A DNA stretch of 32,666 nucleotides from Chthoniobacteraceae bacterium (GTDB lineage: Bacteria; Verrucomicrobiota; Verrucomicrobiia; Chthoniobacterales; Chthoniobacteraceae), in the NCBI GenBank assembly GCA_031409335.1, contig JANNWY010000114.1, positions 1 to 32,666 on the forward strand. The letters run 5' to 3'. Made by a program: the position numbers and the translations under genes. Below, in pieces: positions 1-7,376 of the stretch; the stretch's first letter is position 1; the number at the start of each line of letters is the position of its first letter. The notes under the pieces were generated by a model that was not told the origin of the DNA, ran no database searches, and saw only the letters and a list, made by a program, of their open reading frames with translations.

Positions 1-298
1 CATTACGCTGGTCATGGACCACGCCAGATACCAACATTGTGCCTTGGTGATCAGCAAAGCTGCCGGGCTTGGCATCGAGTTGCTTTATTTGCCTGCGTGC
101 AGCCCAAATCTGAATCTCATCGAGCGTCTTTGGAAGCTCGTCAAGAAGCGTTGCCTCACCAATCGCCACTATGACAACTTTGAGAAGTTCCGCGCTGCCA
201 TCGATGATGGCCTGCGCGATGTCAACGGCGTCGCCTAGGCTGAACTCGACTCCCTTCTCACCCTTAGATTCCAGTTCTTCGGAAACTTAAAATCCTAA
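1..298 (+). pseudogene. IS630-family transposase, C-terminal part, interrupted by an in-frame TAG at 236-238
   Basis: Translation ITLVMDHARYQH...LLYLPACSPNLNLIERLWKLVKK matches the IS630 DDE motifs (D-N/H-A-x-x-H; LPxYSPxLNxIExxW). The frame continues after TAG as AELDSLLTLRFQFFGNLKS to TAA at 296-298. The 5' part lies outside the window. Confidence 0.85.
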
Positions 299-312
299 TG
301 CGCGCTAGTATA
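1..312 (+). mobile_element. Right end of IS630-family insertion sequence, ending ...GCGCTAGTA followed by the TA target
   Basis: The transposase tail is followed within about 12 nt by AGTATA (307-312), and IS630 elements insert at TA. The exact end is inferred because the left inverted repeat is outside the window. Confidence 0.6.
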
Positions 313-1002
313 GTAGTGAAGCGCTCTCTGCGGTGCAACCAGTTGCACGGTTCCGGCCCAAGCCGCGAGGGCGAGCTTCACCCGTTGCACGGTGGAGACG
401 CCTTTGCCGGTAATCTTCGCGGCGTTGCGCACGGATTGCCCGGCGCGAATGTGCCGCACGATGTCCCGGTGTTTGGCAAGCAATTCGCCGCTCGCTAGGC
501 CAGTGCCCTCTGGACGGCCAAGGCGCACACCTTTGCGCCGGGTTTCCGCGAGGCCGGAATTGATCCGCTCGCGGAGCGTGTCCACTTCGCTGCGCGCCAT
601 TTCGGCCAATAGGGCGAGCATGAGAGCGGCGGCGGGGGTGCGTTTGCCGTTTGGGAGAAGCGTTTCCAAGCCCTGTGCGTGCCAGTAAAGCGACACGCCG
701 CAATCTTCCAGCGTCTCAACAAACTTGTGAACGATGCTGTTGCGCCGGGCGAGGCGGGAGACTTCGTGAACGAGAATCTTTTTGACCTTTCCGGCGCGGG
801 CGAGTTCTTCCGCACGGTGTAGCCCGGTGCGTTCCGTTTCATCGGCGCGGCCCGAAACCGTCTCTTGGCAAATCTCCGTCACTTCGTAGCCCTTCGCGTT
901 CGCATAGGCGCGGAGTTCTGAAATCTGGCGATCTGTTTCCTGCCGGGAAGTGGAGACGCGGACGAGAATCGCAACGGGAGTTTTGGTGGTGGCTGCTATC
1001 AT
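295..1002 (-). CDS. Serine recombinase (resolvase/invertase family) with C-terminal HTH
   Basis: Catalytic motif ILVRVSTSRQETDRQ, plus VSGR, EVSRLAR, LRERINSGL...GVRLGRP and HTH SVRNAAKITGKGVSTVQRV. ATG at 1002 chosen as the start. Confidence 0.92.
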   Translation of the reverse strand: MIAATTKTPVAILVRVSTSRQETDRQISELRAYANAKGYEVTEICQETVSGRADETERTGLHRAEELARAGKVKKILVHEVSRLARRNSIVHKFVETLEDCGVSLYWHAQGLETLLPNGKRTPAAALMLALLAEMARSEVDTLRERINSGLAETRRKGVRLGRPEGTGLASGELLAKHRDIVRHIRAGQSVRNAAKITGKGVSTVQRVKLALAAWAGTVQLVAPQRALHYYTSAH

Positions 1003-1019
1003 GCCGCGAAACTGGCACG

Positions 1020-1127
1020 GTGTATTCAAAGAATCAATTGATTGTGTGAACACACTAACGGATTCATTGCCGAGTCTTTTCGCCAGTGTTTCGGGTGTCG
1101 GATTTCAGCGAACGATTATTTGAACAC
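1020..1127. promoter_or_regulatory. Candidate res site / resolvase-binding dyads
   Basis: Dyad GTGTATTCA-AAG-AATCAATTGATT-GTG-TGAACACAC (1020-1055) and a second dyad GTGTCGGAT...ATTTGAACAC (1095-1127), in an AT-rich patch just upstream of the resolvase start. Confidence 0.6.
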
Positions 1128-1167
1128 ATTCGCCGCACGAACGCCAAGCCCTTCGATGCCCGTCCTC

Positions 1168-1821
1168 TCAATTCGCGCCGGATTGGATTGCACACTTCGC
1201 GGCTTCTTCCCGCTTCTTCATCTTTACCGCCCGCCTTTCCAGAATTGCCATCACGGCGGACTCTGGAATTTCCTCGTGAATCATTTTCACCGTCATCCCT
1301 TGCCCGTCCCCATCCGCACGAGCTTCGCGTTTATGCACGAATCCCACCGCAATTTCGTATTCCGATTTCTGACGGAGCAAATCGGCGGCGACGCGAATTG
1401 CGGCAATCCGCGTCTTGGCGTCTTTTTGCCGGTGCCCAATGGATAGGGCGCTGGCAAGCAGGCTGTCGAGTTGTGCCAAGTTTCCGCCGACAAGCTCCAT
1501 TTCCTTCGGCGAGCGATAGGCGGTTTCCCCCTCCGTTTCGAGTCCTTGAATCGTCCGCGTGACCCATGCCTTATCCTTGCCAAGTTGCCGCGCAATTTCG
1601 GCGGGCTTCATTCGTGCCCAAATGCAATCTTGCACACGCAATCGGTCTAGGCGGGCCGCATATTCACGCGGCAACGTGGAAGGCCGCTGCCGGGGTGAGA
1701 CATGGGCCATCCCCACGGGCGGATTGCCAGTGCGTGAACGGTGGCGGGCGGTGCTTTGCATCGTGTGAGAAAGTTGACTGAGCGAAGCCAAATTTCTACC
1801 CGGAAAGCCTGTCTTTATCAA
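1168..1821 (-). CDS. Hypothetical HTH-containing protein (start may be 1761 or 1710)
   Basis: HTH-like segment MKPAEIARQLGKDKAWVTRTIQ followed by a helical, charged C-terminal region. Confidence 0.6.
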   Translation of the reverse strand: MIKTGFPGRNLASLSQLSHTMQSTARHRSRTGNPPVGMAHVSPRQRPSTLPREYAARLDRLRVQDCIWARMKPAEIARQLGKDKAWVTRTIQGLETEGETAYRSPKEMELVGGNLAQLDSLLASALSIGHRQKDAKTRIAAIRVAADLLRQKSEYEIAVGFVHKREARADGDGQGMTVKMIHEEIPESAVMAILERRAVKMKKREEAAKCAIQSGAN

Positions 1822-1850
1822 GCTCGGCGGTGTTGTCTAAAATGACCGAT

Positions 1851-2400
1851 TTATAGGTTGCGGCGGCTCAATCTCATTAGTTTTATCGAGGTTGCATGAG
1901 TCGAAGTAGAGCCGTTCAATCGCTCCTGCGTTTTGGCGGTCGCGGCTTTTTCAAAGCTATCCCATGCAACAGTCATGTTCTCCAAAGCCATCGCCAGTCG
2001 TTCCGTTGCGGTGAAGGAGGGGATTTCCTTGTATCTGAGCATCGCTTTCTTGGAGCGGAGGTTGGCTTTCCAAATTTGAATTCTGCCGAAGGTTTCCGCC
2101 GTCAGAGGGGAACCGTCTTGCACCGCTGCGAGAAGGCTTTCGAGTTCGGCAACCAAGGCTTCAACATCTCGAAATAGAACCTCTACTTCGCTCTGCTTTA
2201 ACCGCGCTTTTTGGGGTGGCTCTGGCGCGGGTGATGGAACTTCCACTTGGAGCTTCTTCGTTGGTGCGGTTGGTGGAGTTGTTGGGAGTGCTTTTATCGC
2301 TCCTTCGATGAAGGAAACTGCCATGATAAGCAGAAGCGGCAAGCCTACGACGGCAGCGAGAATCTTTGTCCGTTTCGTGGGGGCAAAGGACTGGAACCCT
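1851..2400 (-). CDS. Hypothetical single-pass membrane protein, 5' end uncertain or truncated
   Basis: Hydrophobic segment ILAAVVGLPLLLIMAVSFI, then a Pro-rich linker, then an amphipathic helical domain. The further upstream extension of the ORF overlaps the XRE gene on the other strand. Confidence 0.5.
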
Positions 2401-2408
2401 CCAGGTCT

Positions 2409-2747
2409 GTGCCCAGCAAAACCTTTGCGAATCTGCTCCGCCGTTTGCGTGAATTGCGCAAGGCGAACGGGCTCACCCAAGAGGGATTCGCCGAGTTGGC
2501 GGGAATGTCCTACAAATACTACCAAGCCGTTGAGGCGGGGCGAAAGAAAGAGCTTCAATTTCCGACACTCGAAAGACTCGCGGCAGCTTATGGAATCGAA
2601 CTTTGGGAACTACTCGCGCCCACCATGCCAGCCGTTCGTCTCACCCGCGCTGCGAAGAAAATTACTTCCCGCGAAGTCGACGCCGCACGCGGCACGCGGA
2701 AACGTCGGCGCAACCCGGTTGCACCGGGCAAAGGTGCGAAAGATTGA
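2409..2747 (+). CDS. XRE-family (HTH_3) transcriptional regulator
   Basis: RLRELRKANGLTQEGFAELAGMSYKYYQAVEAGRK...TLERLAAAYGIELWELL is a canonical Cro/CI-type HTH. GTG start inferred at 2409. Confidence 0.88.
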   Translation: MPSKTFANLLRRLRELRKANGLTQEGFAELAGMSYKYYQAVEAGRKKELQFPTLERLAAAYGIELWELLAPTMPAVRLTRAAKKITSREVDAARGTRKRRRNPVAPGKGAKD

Positions 2748-4494
2748 GGCCCGGATAAACGATTTTCGCAATCGCATCGCGGAGCACGGGCATTTGCGCA
2801 TGACGATATTCGCTTTCGGAACTGCTTTCATTTTTCCACCCGCCCAACGCCTCTGCCGTTTCCATTGAAATCTGCGCGGCGATGCAAGCGGTGCGGAAGT
2901 GATGACGGAAAACGTGAAAGCTCGCTTTCGGTTTGTAGCCGAGTGCGGCAACAAGAAACTTGGTGAACCACTTTGAAAACGGGTGACTGAATCGGCCCGT
3001 TTGCTTGTGCTTTGTGAGTGAAGGAAAAAGTCGGGGCGAAGATTCATCGCGGCGGCGTTCCGCGACGTATTTCAAAAACCCGAGGCGAAGTATTTCCGGG
3101 TGAATCGGCACCTTGCGCCAACTGCTTTCGTTCTTCACCCGCTTATCCGTTTCGTCGGCGTCGTCCAAATCTCCCCGGATATGCAGATACGCAATCCCGC
3201 CCTCGTCTTTCACGTCCTCCGTGTAAAGCTGGCAAAGCTCATTCATCCGGCAGCCGTGGAATAGGGCGAGTAACGGCACCAAAAAACGCCCGCGACGGGG
3301 CTTGTTCTTCCCCGGTGTGGCAAAGCCGCGTTCGTCGTCCGCGCATCCCGTAAGGAGCGGCGCGGAGAAAATCTTTTGCAGTTCTTCCGGCGTGAAAAGT
3401 TCGCGCTTGTTGCGCTTGGTGAGTTTGAACGTCTCGCGGAGCTTCCGGCCCTTTGCCGGATTCTCAGTAATCAGCCCGTCATCCACTGCGTAATTGAAGA
3501 TCGCGACAAGCGAAGTGTATTCGTTCGCCAGCGTCCGCGCACTGCGCTTCTCCGTGTAATTCTCCCGCTTGGCGGCAGCGGTTGCATCTTCCAGCGACGC
3601 GCCGGGGTAACGCTGTGCCATATTTTTTGGCAGTTCACCCAAGACAGCGCACACCTTCTCCATTTGCTGCCGGGAAATCATGTGCAACGGCGCACGCTCG
3701 CCGAGCATTTCGCGCAGCGACCGCACGGGCAAAGCGTAAGACGCGGGCGTTGTCTCCGTGTGTGCGCGCCGCTGGTAGTCCATGAAATCGTCCAGAAACT
3801 TGCCCAAAAGCATCGTCTGGCGCGGTGGCGGCGGAAGTTGTGTGTGCGAGTGAACGTCTTCAAGCCGCGCATCGTGCGCGTGAAACTTGCGGCCTTCGAT
3901 TCGGTCAATGGTGCGACAGAGTGTTTCCACTTTCGCTCTCCGCATTAAGGGCAAGAGCTTCGCGTAATCCTCGCTCCCTTTTTCGATATTCCATCGCTTG
4001 CCATCCCCGCTCAATAGAGCGTCAAGTTCCGTGCTGCCATCATCGTCGTAGCAGGCAAAGGCCGGGCTTTTCGTCAAAACGGCAGCATCGCATTTCAGGC
4101 TGTCCGCGATGTCCTCTTTTTCCAGCGGCGCAAGCGCGGGCAATTCTCGCTCCGTCCACTCCTCTGCGCGACATTCCTCTTTCACCAGCCAATCCGAAAC
4201 CAACCAAATCATTTCATCCTGCGAAAGCCGTGCGGGTGCGGGCGTCTGCGGGGTGAGCATCGCCCTTGCATCCCGAAAAAGGATGTCAACGCGGATGGAT
4301 TCCACTTTCACCTTCGCCAACGCCTGTCGGTAATCGGCTGTGGCGAGCGATTTGCGGATTTCAGTTCTGTTGACGATGGGGCGGAGGACTTTCGGCACCT
4401 TCGCACGGATGTAATAGACGCCATTGTGGCGGCGGTAGAGTCGCGTATGGCCGGGCACGGACATGAAGGCTGGTGTATCAGGGTTGCGGTTCAT
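2662..4494 (-). CDS. Tyrosine recombinase/integrase with DUF6538-like N-terminus (about 610 aa)
   Basis: Catalytic motifs HGCRMNEL (R), VKNESSWRKVPIH (K), FHVFRHHF (HxxR), LGGW and EYRH (Y); N-terminal LYRRHNGVYYIRAKVP...EIRKSLAT. Start set at ATG 4494, downstream of the tRNA. Confidence 0.93.
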   Translation of the reverse strand: MNRNPDTPAFMSVPGHTRLYRRHNGVYYIRAKVPKVLRPIVNRTEIRKSLATADYRQALAKVKVESIRVDILFRDARAMLTPQTPAPARLSQDEMIWLVSDWLVKEECRAEEWTERELPALAPLEKEDIADSLKCDAAVLTKSPAFACYDDDGSTELDALLSGDGKRWNIEKGSEDYAKLLPLMRRAKVETLCRTIDRIEGRKFHAHDARLEDVHSHTQLPPPPRQTMLLGKFLDDFMDYQRRAHTETTPASYALPVRSLREMLGERAPLHMISRQQMEKVCAVLGELPKNMAQRYPGASLEDATAAAKRENYTEKRSARTLANEYTSLVAIFNYAVDDGLITENPAKGRKLRETFKLTKRNKRELFTPEELQKIFSAPLLTGCADDERGFATPGKNKPRRGRFLVPLLALFHGCRMNELCQLYTEDVKDEGGIAYLHIRGDLDDADETDKRVKNESSWRKVPIHPEILRLGFLKYVAERRRDESSPRLFPSLTKHKQTGRFSHPFSKWFTKFLVAALGYKPKASFHVFRHHFRTACIAAQISMETAEALGGWKNESSSESEYRHAQMPVLRDAIAKIVYPGLNLSHLCPVQPGCADVSACRVRRRLRGK

Positions 4495-4559
4495 CGCGGT
4501 ATTTCCGCCCTGATTATTCCAGCCTTTCCAGAGAGTCGCCACTTTCCCGCGAGGAAAAG

Positions 4560-4641
4560 TGCCGGGGAGGGGACTCGAACCCCTACACCTTGCGGTACCA
4601 GATCCTAAGTCTGGCGCGTCTGCCAATTTCGCCACCCCGGC
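4560..4641 (-). tRNA. tRNA-Leu (anticodon TAG), CCA not encoded
   Basis: Reverse complement GCCGGGGTGGCGAAATTGGCAGACGCGCCAGACTTAGGATCTGGTACCGCAAGGTGTAGGGGTTCGAGTCCCCTCCCCGGCA shows the acceptor stem, anticodon arm CCAGA-CTTAGGA-TCTGG, a long variable arm and a GGTTCGA T-arm. Confidence 0.97.
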
Positions 4642-5132
4642 TTCTTTGCTATTACCCACTTTGGGAGGTAAAAACGCGCCGCTCTGCTGGTCGTTGTGCT
4701 AGCGCCACCGGGAAACGTTCTCGGCAGCTCTGGCGCGGCCTCTCGCACAGCGCGTTAGGTCGTAGGCTTAATGGCGGTGCGCAATTCCTGCAATCGTAGA
4801 TTTCCCTGTTTCTACGTTCGCAGCGGTCGCGATTCCTGGCAGCTTCGGGTTCAACAAGGCAGCCACACCAAGACAGCCCGCCGCTTTCCGCTTGTGAACG
4901 ATGCTGGCCTGCCGTTTCGACCCGCAACGAGGCGAAAGAACGCTTGTCAAGCTGCAGTAGCCGAAACCCTGTTCGATACCGAATTTCACACTCGGTTTCG
5001 GACGTTTTTCGTCGCCTCCCCAAAACACCTTTTTTGTGAACAAATCCCGTACGTCCTCGCGCATTCTCTCCTCCAGCATCGCCAGCGCGATCGCCGCTGC
5101 CGGTATCGTCAGCCTTCTGCGCTAAAACTTAA

Positions 5133-7035
5133 TTCAGCCCTAATCACGACGCGATCGGGAACGTCGTGCTCTCGGGCACCAGCGGCGTCAGCGTTGCCAG
5201 TGACGTGACGCTCAAACTCACGCGGGACGATGGCGCGTTCACTTTCAACCGCAATCTCAGCGGCGCGGGTGCCGTGCAAATCAATCCGCACTCCGTCAGC
5301 GGTGCTGCCTCGCTTGGGGTCACCCTTTCGGGGGACAGCACGGGCTTTACCGGGCAAATGACGCTGCTTGCGCCTGTGACCGGGACCTGCCGGCTGACCA
5401 GCGTGACGCCCGCCAACCTTGGCGGAGCGACGATCGCGGTGGAATCCGGCGCGCAAGTTTACACGGTGCTGAATGCGACCTACGGCAACGCGATCACGAT
5501 TGCCGGCACCGGATTTGCGGATTCGGCGGCAAACATCGGCGCACTGCGGTTGGAAAACGGCTCGAACTGGGCCGACTGGCTTCGTCTCGCGCACCGATAC
5601 CGGGCTGGCGATCCTGAATTCGACCGGCAACGACTGGTTGAGCGCCGGCGTGCTCGTCGGCACGCTGCGAATGGGCGTCGCTGGCGCGCTGCCGGCAAAC
5701 GCCGCGCTGGTCATGGGGCAAAACAATGCGAACACCGCAACGCTCGACTTGAACGGTTTTGATCAAACCGCCATCAGCCTTGTCTCGAACCCCGTGATCA
5801 CCAACGCGAACAGCGTCGGAAAATCGATCACGAGCGCGACCCCGGCCACGCTGACCATCAATCAATCCGCCGACACCCTCTACGCGAGCCTGCTCACAGG
5901 CGAGCTGGCTTTGAACAAATCCGGCACTGGCCGGCTCTCGCTGCTCGGTGCCAATGCGCACAACGGACTCACGACCGTTTCCGTCGGCACGCTCACTTTA
6001 CAAAACCGCACGGCGCTCGGTGGCGTGGCGGCTGGCACTGTCGTGTCGAATGGTGCGACGCTGGAAGTGCAGGGCAACCTCGTCATCGGCGCGGAGCCGC
6101 TCTCGATCAATGGCATCGGCACCTTGGGCGGCGGCGCGCTCATCAGCGTCTCCGGCGCGAATACCTACGGCGGACTCGTCACCGTCTCGACCAATGCCAC
6201 CCTCTCCGCGCTCTCCGGCTCCACGCTGAATCTCAACGGCGGCGTGGATAAAACCGGGACCACCGCCACATTCACCGGCGGTGGCTCCATCAATATCAAC
6301 GTCGCGCCCATCACCGGCGCGCCAGCGGGTAGCGATGTGATCGTCGATGGCGTCGCCCTTGGCATCAATGTGGCGAGCATCTATAACGGTTCCACTTTCG
6401 TGAAAAACGGCGGTCTGCTCGTCAACGGCGCGAATCAAGCCGTGCCGAACGGATCGGAAGTCACGCTCGGCGACACTGCGGCGAACACCGACGGAACGTG
6501 GTTCGTCAACGGCACCACCCAAACGATCGCCGCCCTCGCCTCCGAAGGCACGGGGGGCAAGGCAATCACTCTCGGCGGTGGCGCGCTCACCGTGAATCAG
6601 TCCGCCGACACGGTTTACGATGGAGCCATCACCGGCGCTGGCAGCGTCGAAAAAACCGGCGCTGGCAAGCTCGCGCTCCAGGCGCTCAACGGCACGCTGG
6701 ACTTCTCCACGCTGACGGTGACCGACGGCTCGCTCGATCTCCACAGCCCGCTCGGCACCGGCACTTCGATCATCAATGCGAACGCCGAAACCAACATCGC
6801 CGTGAGCCAGACCCTCGGCGAGTTGAACATCGGCGCGGGCGGCATTGTGAATCTCGGAGCCCTGCCACCACCCGCGCCAGCGTTTGCCGGCGCAGGCGAA
6901 CCGCTTTTTGCGGCTGATGCCGGATTCGCCGGAGCGAATCCCCCGATCCAGCCAGTGCCCGAGCCCGGCAGCGCCGCGCTCATCTTTGGCGGAATGCTGA
7001 CGCTCCTCGGCCTGCGCCGCCGCAGCGCCCGGTAG
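5133..7035 (+). pseudogene. 5'-truncated, frameshifted PEP-CTERM protein with autotransporter-associated beta-strand repeats (g0)
   Basis: The passenger-like frame 5133-~5573 follows a TAA and has no signal peptide. It switches frame near 5570 into the 5473-7035 ORF, which has LNKSGTGRLSLLGANAHNGLTTVSVGTL repeats and ends VPEPGSAALIFGGMLTLLGLRRRSAR. Confidence 0.8.
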
Positions 7036-7039
7036 CGCG

Positions 7040-7137
7040 CACCCAACGCCCGCGACAGTGGCGGTGCCCGGCCAGCCAGCGTAACGCTGCTCCTGGTCGG
7101 GATGCTGGCGCCGCGCGGGTGCCGGACTGGGCGGTAG
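7040..7137 (+). pseudogene. Orphan decayed PEP-CTERM sorting-signal remnant
   Basis: Restoring one A at 7070/7071 (GTGCCCG[A]GCCAGCC) gives HPTPATVAVPEPASVTLLLVGMLAPRGCRTGR-stop. Confidence 0.6.
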
Positions 7138-7376
7138 GAGAAACGCCGACAAACGGAAGCGGCTTTTGCGAGGCATATTAGCGTCGATTTCTGGCGGGCA
7201 TTCGACTATTAGAATACCGCGGTCTTCGTGAGGCACGGACGCCAAGCGATTTCCCCCATTCCATCAATGGAAAAAATCACGCCTGACATTTTCCCATGGC
7301 ACGCGCGCGCATCCGCGCGGGGGAAAACCACGCAAACTTCCCGCGCCGCTTTTACCTCCCAATCTCATCCACACCT

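Larger units (their letters stand above)
1..4559. mobile_element. tRNA-Leu-integrated genomic island (left boundary outside window)
   Basis: The integrase starts about 65 nt from the tRNA 3' end. Cargo includes XRE, resolvase and IS genes, and the region looks less GC-rich than the array. Confidence 0.75.

Noticed and set aside
4495..4659. N-terminal extension of the integrase ORF to 4659
   Set aside because: It runs through the tRNA-Leu gene; ATG 4494 directly precedes the conserved domain.
4700..5130. Possible ncRNA or promoter (CCGAAACC/GGTTTCGG stem at 4961-5001; minus-strand TTGACA at 4945-4950)
   Set aside because: The stem is short, no RNA family is recognisable, and there is no properly spaced -10 box.
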